Assembly (NCBI GenBank): GCA_021817985.1
Contig: JAKAFK010000003.1
Span: forward strand, 7,136 to 71,135
DNA length: 64,000 bases
Reading direction: 5' to 3'
Origin: Pseudomonadota bacterium
GTDB lineage: Bacteria; Pseudomonadota; Gammaproteobacteria; Burkholderiales; JAKAFK01
A program made the position numbers and the translations under genes. The notes beneath the pieces were generated by a model. It ran no database searches and was not told the origin of the DNA. It worked only from the letters and a program-made list of their open reading frames with translations. Positions 1 to 9,624 of the stretch are shown here, one piece after another; within the stretch, counting starts at the first letter, position 1, and every line of letters starts with the position of its first letter.

Positions 1-1
1 G

Positions 2-208
2 CTGGAATTCGCCGGCTGCGTCCTGGTGATCTCCCACGACCGCTGGTTCCTGGATCGCATCGCCACCCACATCCTGGCAGCGGAAGGGAATTCCCAATGG
101 ACATTCTTCAGCGGCAACTACCAGGAATACGAGGCCGACAAGAAGAAGCGGCTGGGTGATGAGGGCGCCCAACCGAAGCGGATCCGGTATAAGCCGATCA
201 ACCGGTGA
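2..208 (+). CDS. ettA: ABC-F translational throttle EttA, C-terminal fragment (5' truncated by window edge)
   Basis: Frame from nt 2 reads LEFAGCVLVISHDRWFLDRIATHILAAEGNSQWTFFSGNYQEYEADKKKRLG...RIRYKP, the characteristic EttA/ChvD C-terminus. Confidence 0.85.
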   Translation: MEFAGCVLVISHDRWFLDRIATHILAAEGNSQWTFFSGNYQEYEADKKKRLGDEGAQPKRIRYKPINR

Positions 209-662
209 CGGGGTTCACCCAAGGCGCCGATCAACACCACCCCGTCGCCGGTGGGCTCGAACGGCGTTCGGCGCCCCCCAAAAAGCGGGAAAACATTCGG
301 ATTCCACCGCCCGGGAGTGCGTCCGCAAAAGCCATGGCGAAGGCCTGCGCGCGGTTGCAGCCGTCCCGTTCCGCCAGTAGGTTTCGGACACGAGTCTTCG
401 CGGTTTCCCCGCCGCGGGCAAGCAACGCCCCGAATTCTCCTTTGGTCCTTCCCTCTCAAAGCCGCCTGTGACCCGAGCAACTTGGCCGGGCCCATCGCCC
501 GTTGGCAGCGCGGAATATTCGACCCGCTTCTGACCCAATGCGTCACGCTCCGCACCGTCAGGACGCGATCGTGCCGATGTCTGGGTAGCAGATGGCTTGT
601 AGGCGTCAGCCTCGTGTCATGTCCCGTAGGACTTCCTGAACCGACAGTATCTTCTCTGTATG

Positions 663-707
663 TTGCACACGCCGCCTTACCATGTCATAATACGAATCAT
701 TCGTATT
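663..707 (+). promoter_or_regulatory. Sigma70 promoter overlapped by a Fur-box-like 9-1-9 palindrome upstream of hemP
   Basis: TTGCAC (663-668) - 17 nt - CATAAT (686-691); perfect inverted repeat AATACGAAT-C-ATTCGTATT (689-707) with Fur-box 9-1-9 geometry, directly upstream of an iron-related operon. Confidence 0.7.
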
Positions 708-721
708 TACGTTAGATACCC

Positions 722-904
722 ATGAAGAATCCAGACAATTCGTCAACTCGCGAGAAGGAGCGGCGTGACCCGATCATGGACCGCGACGTGACGATCCGAA
801 GCGAGACGCTGTTTGCCGCCGGAGACGAAGTATTGATCGACCATCAAGGGCAGCATTACCGCCTGCGGCGCACGCGCGCAGGAAAGCTCATCCTCACGAA
901 GTAA
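722..904 (+). CDS. hemP: Hemin uptake protein HemP/HmuP family small protein
   Basis: 60 aa with SETLFAAGDEVLIDHQGQHYRLRRTRAGKLILTK, the HemP signature (YRLRxTxxGKLILTK). Confidence 0.9.
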   Translation: MKNPDNSSTREKERRDPIMDRDVTIRSETLFAAGDEVLIDHQGQHYRLRRTRAGKLILTK

Positions 905-1051
905 GGGTGATTCTTTCCATCTGCTGCACCGGCAGATGGAAACATGACCTGACCGCGCCGCTTCCCGCGGCCCGCCACCGTATCCAGCCAGCCAGCCAGC
1001 CCCGGGCAAGCCAGCCATCTTTTTTTGGGACCGACTTGCCAGGAGATCATC

Positions 1052-2521
1052 TTGCGGAACCCCTCTTCCGATCAATTCGAGGCTGGCGGATCGGCGCTCC
1101 TCACGCGACAGCCCTGGACCTTGCTCGCCGCGTTGGTCCTGTCGTGCGTGTGGGCCAGCCCAGCCTGCGCCGCGCCACCGCCCATGAGCGTGCCTGCCGG
1201 CGAAACCTTCCATGCGGGCCCGGGCGGATGCGGGCAGGAAATCCTTCGGGGCCTCGCGCACAGCACCAACGTTCTCGGCAGCCTGTGCGGACTGCGTCCT
1301 TTCCTCGGCCGATACGGCATCTCTCTCGGACTCACGGAAACCAGCGAGTTCCTCGGAAACGTGGGCGGCGGCACCCGGAAGGGGTTCGCCTACGACGGAC
1401 TCACCACCCTCGTCCTCCAGATGGATACCCAGCGCGCGTTCGGCTGGTATGGGGGGACGCTCGACGCCAGTGCGTTGCAGATCCATGGTCAGAACTTGAG
1501 CGCGCAAAATCTCCAGACCCTGCAGACCGCGAGCGGCATCGAGGCCGACCGGGGCACGCGACTTTGGGAGCTGTGGTACGACCAGCGCTTCTTCGGCGAC
1601 GGCCGGCTTGATCTGAAGCTGGGCCAGCAAAGCCTCGACCAGGAATGGATGGTGAGCCAGGACGCACTGTCCTTCGTCAACACCATGTTCGGCTGGCCCA
1701 TGCTGCCTTCGGCCGACCTGCCCGGGGGCGGTCCCGCCTATCCCCTGTCCGTCGTCGGGGCGCGGTTGCGCGCGCGGGCCAGCGACGCCTGGACGCTTCT
1801 CGCCGGGGTCTACAACGGCAGCCCCGTCGCCGACAACACCGGCGACCCGCAGCAGCAAAATGCCCACGGGACGAGCTTTCCACTGCACGGAGGCGCTCTT
1901 GCGATCCTGGAAGCGCAGTACGCCTACCCGGCACTGGGAACGATGCTCTACGCCGGTGGGTCGGAGCCGCTGGCGCGCGTCTACAAGATCGGCATGTGGT
2001 ACGACAGCGAGAATTTCAACGACCAGGCGTTCGACGACCGGGGGCTGTCGCTCGCGAACCCTGCGAGCAGCGGCAGCCCCAAGGCCCATCGCGGCAACTG
2101 GGCCCTGTATGCCGTGGCGGACCAGATGATCTGGCAAAGCGCCACGGAACCCGACCGAACCGTGAGCCTCTTCCTCCGGCCCATGTGGACGCCGCTGGCC
2201 GATCGCAACGAGATCGATCGCAGTGTCAACGCCGGCGTTACGGTCCATGAACCGTTCATCCACCGTGACGACGACACGTTCGGACTGGGACTGGGCTACG
2301 CACATGTGAGTTCCCGTCTCGTTGCGCTCGACCGCCGAGAGGGGTATCGCGCGCATCACGCCGAAACGTTCGTCGAAGCCACCTACCAGTATCAGGCCAC
2401 CCCCTGGCTCCAACTGCAGCCGGATCTTCAGTACGTGTTCCACCCAGGCGCGGGCATCACCACCGTGCGACCGGTCAACAACGAAACCGTAATAGGCCTT
2501 CGCGCCAACGTCACCTTCTAA
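1052..2521 (+). CDS. OprB-family (carbohydrate-selective porin family) outer-membrane porin
   Basis: LWELWYDQ, LDLKLGQQSLDQEW, ETFVEATYQYQATPWLQLQPDLQYVFHPG and C-terminal Phe; N-terminal signal peptide; start set at TTG 1052 behind AGGAG (1041-1045), longest ORF starts at 1025. Confidence 0.85.
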   Translation: MRNPSSDQFEAGGSALLTRQPWTLLAALVLSCVWASPACAAPPPMSVPAGETFHAGPGGCGQEILRGLAHSTNVLGSLCGLRPFLGRYGISLGLTETSEFLGNVGGGTRKGFAYDGLTTLVLQMDTQRAFGWYGGTLDASALQIHGQNLSAQNLQTLQTASGIEADRGTRLWELWYDQRFFGDGRLDLKLGQQSLDQEWMVSQDALSFVNTMFGWPMLPSADLPGGGPAYPLSVVGARLRARASDAWTLLAGVYNGSPVADNTGDPQQQNAHGTSFPLHGGALAILEAQYAYPALGTMLYAGGSEPLARVYKIGMWYDSENFNDQAFDDRGLSLANPASSGSPKAHRGNWALYAVADQMIWQSATEPDRTVSLFLRPMWTPLADRNEIDRSVNAGVTVHEPFIHRDDDTFGLGLGYAHVSSRLVALDRREGYRAHHAETFVEATYQYQATPWLQLQPDLQYVFHPGAGITTVRPVNNETVIGLRANVTF

Positions 2522-2531
2522 GGAGAACGCC

Positions 2532-3707
2532 ATGACGCCACCCCCGACCCGTGCGCCCCGCCGCGCAAGCCCAATGCAGGCCCACGCGCTCGCGGCCCTG
2601 CTGGTGCTATCGCTCCTTTCGCCAACAGGTGCGGATGCGGCCGACTCACCCTATCTCGGATCGATCCATCGACACGCGATGCTCGCCAGCACGACGCCCC
2701 CGAACGGCGACGGCAATCCCTATGCCGTGGTGGTGGCGCCCGTCTCCGCAGGAAAGATTCACAAGGACGACGTGCTGGTCACCGACTTCAACAACGTCTC
2801 GAATCTTCAGGGAACCGGAGGCACCATCGTCGACTACCGACCCGCCACCCGGCAGACCACGATTTTCGCGACCCTGCCCCAGCATCTCCCGCAATGTCCG
2901 GGCGGCATTGGGTTGAGCACCGCCATGACCATGCTCAAGAGCGGCTGGGTGATTGTTGGAAGCACCCCGAGCACGGACGGAACAACGAGCACGCTCGGCA
3001 AGGGGTGCCTGCTCGTGCTCGACCCCAACGGAAAAGTCGCGACGGTCTGGTCCGACCCAGAGATCGACGACCCGTGGGGAAACATGGCGACCATAGACAA
3101 GGGAAACCGCGCCACCCTTTTTGTCAGCATGTCCGGCTTCGGCGTCCCCGCACTTGACGTCCTCGATCCGAAGAGCGCTGTCCCGGTCACGGTCCGCAAG
3201 GCAACCGTATTGCGTATCGACCTGTCCATCCCCCGGGGCAAGCCGCCGGTGATCACCCATGAAACGGTCGTAGCCAACGGCTTCGGCCAACGCGCGGACC
3301 GCGACGCCTTTCTCATCGGGCCGACCGGTATCGCGCTGGCTTCCGAGGGCACGCTGTATGTGTCGGATGCCTTGGCGAACCGAATCGCCGCGATCGATGA
3401 CGCCGCCACGCGCACGACGAGTGCCGGCCTGGGACGCACGGTGACCGAAGGTGGGCTGCTCAGACGTCCCCTGGCCATGACCATGACCCCGGACGGCGAC
3501 CTCCTCGTCACCAACGGGAACAACGGACAAGTTGTCGAAGTCAACCCCGCGGCCGGCAAACAGCTTGCGGCTCAATGGATCGACGCCGACGAGGCGCAGT
3601 CGCCCCCAGGCAATCACGATCTGTTCGGGATCAGCATGGCGCCGGACGGCAAGGGATTTTATTACGTCGAGGACGACGTCAACACGCTCATGGAGGCGAC
3701 GCGATGA
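2532..3707 (+). CDS. Secreted hypothetical protein with NHL/beta-propeller-like repeats
   Basis: Signal peptide (ALAALLVLSLLSPTGADA); repeated blade-like motifs GNPYAVVV, DDPWGNMA, IGPTGIAL..LYVSD, RRPLAMTMTPDGDLLVTN; AAGGAG RBS; 10 nt after porin stop. Confidence 0.7.
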   Translation: MTPPPTRAPRRASPMQAHALAALLVLSLLSPTGADAADSPYLGSIHRHAMLASTTPPNGDGNPYAVVVAPVSAGKIHKDDVLVTDFNNVSNLQGTGGTIVDYRPATRQTTIFATLPQHLPQCPGGIGLSTAMTMLKSGWVIVGSTPSTDGTTSTLGKGCLLVLDPNGKVATVWSDPEIDDPWGNMATIDKGNRATLFVSMSGFGVPALDVLDPKSAVPVTVRKATVLRIDLSIPRGKPPVITHETVVANGFGQRADRDAFLIGPTGIALASEGTLYVSDALANRIAAIDDAATRTTSAGLGRTVTEGGLLRRPLAMTMTPDGDLLVTNGNNGQVVEVNPAAGKQLAAQWIDADEAQSPPGNHDLFGISMAPDGKGFYYVEDDVNTLMEATR

Positions 3708-5053
3708 ACACAGAAGACAGACGGTCCGGACGGTCACGACGGGCCTTCTTCAAGAGCACAGCCGCGTTGGCCGCGGCCACCGGCGCGGGGCTGGTCGCCG
3801 GCCCCGCAGGGCAGGCACTGGCAGCCGACCCGGCCGTGGGGGGGCATGCGGATGGTTCCGCCATCGAGCCGTTCTGGGGCGTCCATCAGGGCGGAATCGC
3901 GACGCCCCCGCAGCGCCACGTCTACTTCGCGGCCTTCGACCTGAGCACGTCCCAGCGAAGCGACGTGGCCGCGATCCTCGAGGCTTGGACGGCCGCCGCA
4001 TCCCGGATGAGCCGCGGCGAAACGGCCGAACCCCGGGAGGCGGGGTTGCGCACGGCCACTAGTCCGACCACCGAGGATTCGCGTCCCGGGTACGCGGCGC
4101 CGCCCGCCCCTGGGGCGGGCGGCGATACCGGGGAGGTCATGGGCATGACGCCCCATCGCCTCACCGTCACCTTCGGCTTCGGTCCCAGCCTGTTCGTCAA
4201 GGACGGCAAGGACCGCTATGGCCTCGCGGCGAGGCGCCCGGAGGCCCTGGCGGACCTCCCGCCCTTTCCGGGCGACCAACTGGTTGAAACCCACAGCGGC
4301 GGCGATCTTTGCGTTCAGGCCTGCGCGGACGACCCGCAAGTGGCCTTTCACGCGGTGCGACAACTCGCGCGCATCGCCTCCGGCAGCGCGCAGATCCGCT
4401 GGGCGCAGACGGGCTTTCTGCCGGATGTTCCACCCGGACAGGCGGCACGCAATCTGATGGGCTTCAAGGACGGCATCATGAATCCGGCTCCCCACCAAAT
4501 GGACCCATTCGTCTGGATCGGCGCTGGAGGGCCGGACTGGTTGCGCGGGGGCAGTTATCTCGTGGCGCGGCGCATCCGCATCGCGCTTGAGCATTGGGAC
4601 AGCATGCGGGTCGCCTTTCAGGAGCAGGTGGTCGGGCGGCACAAATTGAGCGGCGCGCCCCTGGGCCAGAACCGGGAATCGGCTCCCCTGGACCTCGACG
4701 CGAAAGACCAGGACGGAAATCCGATCATTCCGGAAAATGCCCACGTGCGCCTCTCGGCGGCCGCAGCCAATGGGGGTGCCGTGATCCTGCGGCGGGGCTA
4801 TTCCTACAACAATGGGGTCGACCTCACCGCAGAACGCTGGCCCCCCTGGCGCGAAGGTCTCGAATACGACGCGGGCCTTCTCTTCCTCGCCTTTCAGCAG
4901 GACCCGCGCACCGGCTTCATCCGAATCTTCGACAAGGTGTCGCGGTTCGATATGATGAACCAGTTCGTGACCCACGTCGGCAGCGCGCTTTTCGCCTGCC
5001 CCGGGGGTGCAACGCCAGGCGAGTTCATCGGACAACGCCTGCTGGAAGGATAG
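3704..5053 (+). CDS. efeB: Tat-exported DyP-type peroxidase, EfeB/deferrochelatase-like
   Basis: Tat motif SRRAFFK; NLMGFKDG (GxxDG), HVRL proximal His, ILRRGYSY distal Arg; ATGA overlap with upstream gene. Confidence 0.85.
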   Translation: MNTEDRRSGRSRRAFFKSTAALAAATGAGLVAGPAGQALAADPAVGGHADGSAIEPFWGVHQGGIATPPQRHVYFAAFDLSTSQRSDVAAILEAWTAAASRMSRGETAEPREAGLRTATSPTTEDSRPGYAAPPAPGAGGDTGEVMGMTPHRLTVTFGFGPSLFVKDGKDRYGLAARRPEALADLPPFPGDQLVETHSGGDLCVQACADDPQVAFHAVRQLARIASGSAQIRWAQTGFLPDVPPGQAARNLMGFKDGIMNPAPHQMDPFVWIGAGGPDWLRGGSYLVARRIRIALEHWDSMRVAFQEQVVGRHKLSGAPLGQNRESAPLDLDAKDQDGNPIIPENAHVRLSAAAANGGAVILRRGYSYNNGVDLTAERWPPWREGLEYDAGLLFLAFQQDPRTGFIRIFDKVSRFDMMNQFVTHVGSALFACPGGATPGEFIGQRLLEG

Positions 5054-5056
5054 CTT

Positions 5057-5097
5057 GGCGGACCGCCGCTCCGAACGGGGCGTGGGGCGGTCCCGCC
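5057..5097. terminator. Long GC-rich hairpin after efeB (possible terminator or stabiliser between convergent units)
   Basis: GGCGGACCGCC-GCTCCG-AA-CGGGGC-GTG-GGGCGGTCCCGCC; no clear U-tract. Confidence 0.35.
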
Positions 5098-5402
5098 CGC
5101 GAATTGACCGCTCGCATCACCATGGGGCGCGGGGAATTGGCTGGCGGCCCCGGCAGGGCGCCACAACCGGCTGCCCGATCTGCCGGGATGAAAGTCAAGC
5201 GGCCCACGTTCCCTGGAGGTCTTCGGTGATGCCACCCGCGCACGGCTCTCCGGCGGGTGCGATGGGGGAACTCCTCTTCCTCCATGGGCTGTGTCTCGAG
5301 CGTATGCGGCCGGGAGGAACGCCTGAGCCGACGCGCTCTTGACGCCCTCTCAAGGGGGCCGAGGGGACCGGCCCTGCGGTTTCCTGCGATGGGCTCGCGG
5401 CC

Positions 5403-5882
5403 TCAGTGAGCGTGGCCGTGCGGCCCATGGATGTGGCCGTGGGCCACTTCTTCGGCCGTCGCCGCGCGCACCTCTTCGACCTGACACGTGATGGCGAGCG
5501 TCTGCCCCGCCAGCGGGTGATTCGCATCCACCACGACCTGCCCGTCGGCGATGTCGGTCACCGTGTAGATCATGACGTCGTCGGAGTTTTCCGCCGCGCC
5601 CTCGAACTGCATCCCGACGCTGATGTTTTCCGGAAAAGCCTCGCGTGCCTCCACCCGGACGAGTTCCGCATCATACTCGCCGAAGGCATCCTCGGGCGGC
5701 AGTTCGACCTGCAGACTGTCCCCCACACCCTTGCCTTCCAGCGCAGCTTCCAGCGCCGGGAAGATGCCGTGATAGCCGCCATGCAGGTACGCCACCGGCT
5801 CGGCGCTTTTTTCCAGTACTTTTCCGCTCTTGTCGCTCAATTCATAGCTGATCGAGACGACGGTGTCTTTGCCAATTTGCAT
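5403..5882 (-). CDS. slyD: FKBP-type peptidyl-prolyl isomerase SlyD
   Basis: YLHGGYHGIFPALEAALEGK, DANHPLAGQTL, His-rich tail HGHIHGPHGHAH. Confidence 0.95.
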   Translation of the reverse strand: MQIGKDTVVSISYELSDKSGKVLEKSAEPVAYLHGGYHGIFPALEAALEGKGVGDSLQVELPPEDAFGEYDAELVRVEAREAFPENISVGMQFEGAAENSDDVMIYTVTDIADGQVVVDANHPLAGQTLAITCQVEEVRAATAEEVAHGHIHGPHGHAH

Positions 5883-5885
5883 GGG

Positions 5886-6353
5886 TTACCTCAATTCCTT
5901 GATCAATTTCAGGACTTCCGCCGCATGGGCCTTGGCATTCACGCCGTAGAGCGCATGACGCACCACACCTTGCTTGTCGATGATGAAGGTGGAGCGCACG
6001 ATCCCCAGGCGCTTGACCCCTTCCTTTTCCTTCTCTTGCAGCACGCCGTACAAGGTGGAGACTTCCCCCTCGGAATCGGCGAGCAGCCGCACGGCTAGCC
6101 CATGCTTGTCGCGGAAGGCCGCGTGGCTGATGCAATCATCCCGGCTGACCCCAAGCACGACCGTGTCATGCTCCGCGAATTCGTCCTCCATGTCGCTGAA
6201 CTCGATCGCCTCGAGCGTGCACCCGGGTGTATCGTCTTTTGGATAAAAATACAGCACAACGTGTTTCTTCTTCTTGAAGTCAGACAGTTGCAGCATTTCC
6301 ATATCCGCGTCCGGCAATGCGAAATCCGGCGCAACCTGCCCCGCTTGCAACAT
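5886..6353 (-). CDS. bcp: Peroxiredoxin (Bcp/PrxQ family)
   Basis: VVLYFYPKDDTPGCTLEA, RSTFIID. Confidence 0.9.
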   Translation of the reverse strand: MLQAGQVAPDFALPDADMEMLQLSDFKKKKHVVLYFYPKDDTPGCTLEAIEFSDMEDEFAEHDTVVLGVSRDDCISHAAFRDKHGLAVRLLADSEGEVSTLYGVLQEKEKEGVKRLGIVRSTFIIDKQGVVRHALYGVNAKAHAAEVLKLIKELR

Positions 6354-6456
6354 AGCCGCTCCTCAATGACCACACTGAATTTTATTCAAGTTCCAGGTCC
6401 TTTCAAGTTAAATTCTGCGCCCGCCGCGGGCCTCCAGAAAAACCCTCGCGCGCGCC

Positions 6457-7227
6457 TCACGCCGAAATCTGGCGCCAGCCGAAACCGGCTGTCTGATCGG
6501 CGCAGCCCACCCATTCCAGCGCACACCCCAGTGCGCCCGCCAGCGCGGCGCGCGCCAGCTCAGGCGTGTTGTTCTCTTCGCTCAAGTGCGCCGCGACAAC
6601 ATGCTGCAACCGGCTTTGGTCGAGACTCGCAAGCAGGCTCGCTGCGGCCGCGTTGTCGAGATGGCCGAACCGGCCCGAGATCCGCTCTTTGAGCGTGGGC
6701 GGATAGCTGCCGCCACGGAGCATGCCCAGGTCATGGTTGCACTCCAGCACGAGAGCATCGCAACGGCGCAAGACGGCCCCGATGTGAGCGGTCACGCACC
6801 CCGCATCGGTAAGAACCCCCAAGCGCCTGGCCCCATCGCCCAGGACATATTGCACGGGCTCCCGCGCGTCGTGCGGCACCGGAAACGGCTCGATCTCGAT
6901 GTCGCCGAGCCGGAAACGCTGATGAATGTCCACGAGATTGAAATCGGGAAGATCCGAATAGGCCGCCTGAAGGGCCGCCACCGTCCCATGGGTCGCCCAT
7001 ATCGGCAGCGCATATTTGCGCGCCAAGCGGATGGCGCCCGATGCATGGTCCCCGTGTTCGTGTGTGAGCAAGATCCCGGTCAGCGCCTGGGGCGTCAGAC
7101 CGAGGCGAGCGAGCCGGGCGCTCGCCTCCGCGAGGCCGAAACCGCAATCCACCAGGACGCCGCTGGCGCCGCATTGGACGACCAAAGCGTTGCCCCGGCT
7201 GCCGCTGCCGAGGCTTGCAAAACGCAT
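6457..7227 (-). CDS. MBL-fold metallo-hydrolase (YycJ/WalJ-like)
   Basis: SLGSGSRGN, THEHGDH, VPHDAREP, LECNHD, GHLDN, AHLSEENN. Confidence 0.9.
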   Translation of the reverse strand: MRFASLGSGSRGNALVVQCGASGVLVDCGFGLAEASARLARLGLTPQALTGILLTHEHGDHASGAIRLARKYALPIWATHGTVAALQAAYSDLPDFNLVDIHQRFRLGDIEIEPFPVPHDAREPVQYVLGDGARRLGVLTDAGCVTAHIGAVLRRCDALVLECNHDLGMLRGGSYPPTLKERISGRFGHLDNAAAASLLASLDQSRLQHVVAAHLSEENNTPELARAALAGALGCALEWVGCADQTAGFGWRQISA

Positions 7228-8366
7228 TATTTCAACTGTTCGTACAACAGATCGATGATACGCCTGGCCGTTGCCGGATCCGCAACCCCGCCGTCATGCC
7301 CCAGCACCTGGACGAGGCTTCCGGTTCCCGACTGGGTCACGCGAACCTGATAGCGTGTTTGCGGCGGCTTCTTCTCGCTGCGCCAGAAGGCGAGCTTGGA
7401 GAAGAAGCCCCCGCTCTTCTGCGTGCCTGCGGTCGGGTCGACGTAGCGCACGCCATAAACGCCCTTGGCGCGATCCTGGTCCACGACGGTGAAGCCCACG
7501 CGGTCGAGCGCGAGCCCGACGCGGTCCCACGCACGGTCGAAGCCGTCATCGACGGTAAGCGTCTCGGCACCATCGGCACCCGGCACAATATGGGCTCGCA
7601 CCTGCGCGGCAGGCGCGGCCAGCATGGCATTCGCCTGCGCCTTGGCGACACCGAAGCGCTCCATGAGGCGAGCCAGCATCTCGGCCTCCAGGCCGGGATC
7701 GGGCGGCATGGGCTCCCAGACGCTGGGCCCGCCGTCATCGCCATTTTCCACCACCTCATACATCCCCTGGTGGCTGATGTAGACTTCGGTCGTCCCCGGG
7801 GCCCGTCCACGCTCCAACCGGGTACGGAACTTGTCCCGCTGCGGCGTGGAGTAGACTTGGTCCAGGAATTTGCCGAGGAAGTTTCGGATCACCCCTTGCG
7901 GAATATTCGCCCGGTTCTCGGCCCAGTTCGTCACCATGATGCCGGCCGCAGGATGCTCCTCGGCGACCGTGAAACCAACGGAATGCCAGAATGCCTTGAC
8001 GACCGGCCAGACCTTCTCCGGTGGCTCGTTCACCACCAGCCAGCGCTCCGACCCCGCCCGCTCGAGGCTGACTTTCGGCTGCACGGGGAGAATCCCTGAG
8101 GCGCTGGCCGCGCTTTGTGTCTGCTCAATCTGATGCGTCTGGGCGTAGGTCGAATAGGTGGTCTGGCCCGGCGTCGCCGCGGTTCCGGGGATGGCAAAAC
8201 GCTGGTCGGCAGTTGGTGTCGTCAGATTGGGCGGCACCTCGAGCGAGGGAAGCTCCCTCGCCCCGTTGTAGTCGATCTTCTTCCCCGTGAGGGACATCGA
8301 GCCGCAACCGCCCAAGGTCAGGCTGAGAATCCCCACTGTTGCCATCAGAAATCTAGAACCTTTCAT
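7227..8366 (-). CDS. bamC: Outer-membrane assembly lipoprotein BamC (NlpB/DapX)
   Basis: Lipobox LGGC; LEVPPNLT, RDKFRTRLER, FDRAWDRVGLALDRVGFTV; downstream of dapA. Confidence 0.92.
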   Translation of the reverse strand: MKGSRFLMATVGILSLTLGGCGSMSLTGKKIDYNGARELPSLEVPPNLTTPTADQRFAIPGTAATPGQTTYSTYAQTHQIEQTQSAASASGILPVQPKVSLERAGSERWLVVNEPPEKVWPVVKAFWHSVGFTVAEEHPAAGIMVTNWAENRANIPQGVIRNFLGKFLDQVYSTPQRDKFRTRLERGRAPGTTEVYISHQGMYEVVENGDDGGPSVWEPMPPDPGLEAEMLARLMERFGVAKAQANAMLAAPAAQVRAHIVPGADGAETLTVDDGFDRAWDRVGLALDRVGFTVVDQDRAKGVYGVRYVDPTAGTQKSGGFFSKLAFWRSEKKPPQTRYQVRVTQSGTGSLVQVLGHDGGVADPATARRIIDLLYEQLK

Positions 8367-8423
8367 GCGTGTCCCTGCGTGTGAGAGTGTCTGGAGCGGC
8401 GCTGGCGATGTCGGTGCATGCGC

Positions 8424-9305
8424 TCAAAGCATCAATCCTGCGGCATGCATCGCATGCCACAGTGCGTCATGGTGAGATGCGGATAGCGGCGTCAGGGGCA
8501 GGCGGATCCCCCCCCCGATCAGGCCCATCTGTTCCAAGGCCCACTTCACCGGTATCGGATTCGCTTCCACGAAGAGCTTCTGATGGAGTTCCAGGAGACG
8601 CTCGTTGATCGCCTTGGCCGTCTCCAACTGCCCGCTGAAGGCCGCCTCGCACATCTCATGCATCAGCCGGGGGGCCACGTTGGCCGTCACCGAAACCGTG
8701 CCATGCCCGCCGAGCAGCATGAGGGCAAGGCTGCTCGCATCGTCCCCGCTGAAGACGGCAAAGTCTTGTGGCGCCCGGCGCAACAGATCCGCCCCGCGCT
8801 CCATGTTCCCCGTCGCGTCCTTGATGCCCACGACGTTCGGGATCTGCGCGAGCCTCAACACGGTCTCATTGGTCAAGTCGCATGCCGTGCGACCCGGCAC
8901 GTTGTACAGGATGAGCGGCAGATCGTGTGCTTCGGCGATCGCCTTGAAATGCCGATAAAGGCCTTCCTGGGTCGGCTTATTGTAATACGGCACCACGGAC
9001 AGGCCGAAATCAGCGCCGCGAGCTTTCGCACACCCGGTCAGCTCGATGGCTTCCCGCGTCGAATTGGCCCCGGTCCCGGCGATCACGGGAATGCGCCCGC
9101 GCGCATGTTGAACGACGACCTCGATCAACCGGCAATGTTCTTCAAAATCCACCGTCGGCGATTCGCCTGTGGTCCCCACGACGACAATGCCGTCCGTCCC
9201 CGCGTCCACGTGGAAGTCGACCAGACGGCGCATGCCCTCAAGGTCCAGGCTCCCATCCGGATGCATGGGCGTCACGACCGCTACCAAGCTGCCCTTAAGC
9301 ATCAT
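8424..9305 (-). CDS. dapA: 4-hydroxy-tetrahydrodipicolinate synthase
   Basis: [41 protein letters not shown]. Confidence 0.97.
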   Translation of the reverse strand: MMLKGSLVAVVTPMHPDGSLDLEGMRRLVDFHVDAGTDGIVVVGTTGESPTVDFEEHCRLIEVVVQHARGRIPVIAGTGANSTREAIELTGCAKARGADFGLSVVPYYNKPTQEGLYRHFKAIAEAHDLPLILYNVPGRTACDLTNETVLRLAQIPNVVGIKDATGNMERGADLLRRAPQDFAVFSGDDASSLALMLLGGHGTVSVTANVAPRLMHEMCEAAFSGQLETAKAINERLLELHQKLFVEANPIPVKWALEQMGLIGGGIRLPLTPLSASHHDALWHAMHAAGLML

Positions 9306-9624
9306 TATGCGTACACATGAAATCCGCCTGCACAGGCGGCGAGGCTGTCCTCCCGAGACGATCGCCGGGCGGACGGCCGGTTAACGATATTCCGCACGCC
9401 TTGCCCGAAGGCGCTGGCCGGTCCCCGGCACCGCCCGGGTCAAGACGATGGTATACAAGGCTGCTCGCTCGCCGCGGCCCACACCCACGGGACGAAGGCG
9501 CGCCTCCTGAGCAACGGCGTTAGTGTACAGCAAACTCACACCCCCCGAAAATACTTCGTCGCGCACCGGCCGGGCACTGTCCGTCAAGCACCCTCGATTG
9601 TCCGCCGGGGCGGCGCCGTCCGAC

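Noticed and set aside
209-660. Several short overlapping ORFs between ettA and hemP
   Set aside because: No RBS, motifs or coding-like composition; treated as intergenic
944-1026. (CCAG)4 repeat at 984-999, T7 run at 1020-1026 and an in-frame ATG-ACC-TGA upstream of the porin as a phase-variation or nonsense signal
   Set aside because: A good AGGAG-6nt-TTG start at 1052 lies downstream of all of these, so they fall in the leader; tracts are too short to argue for slippage
9306-9624. Possible lysine riboswitch upstream of dapA
   Set aside because: No recognisable L-box core or terminator/antiterminator pair seen
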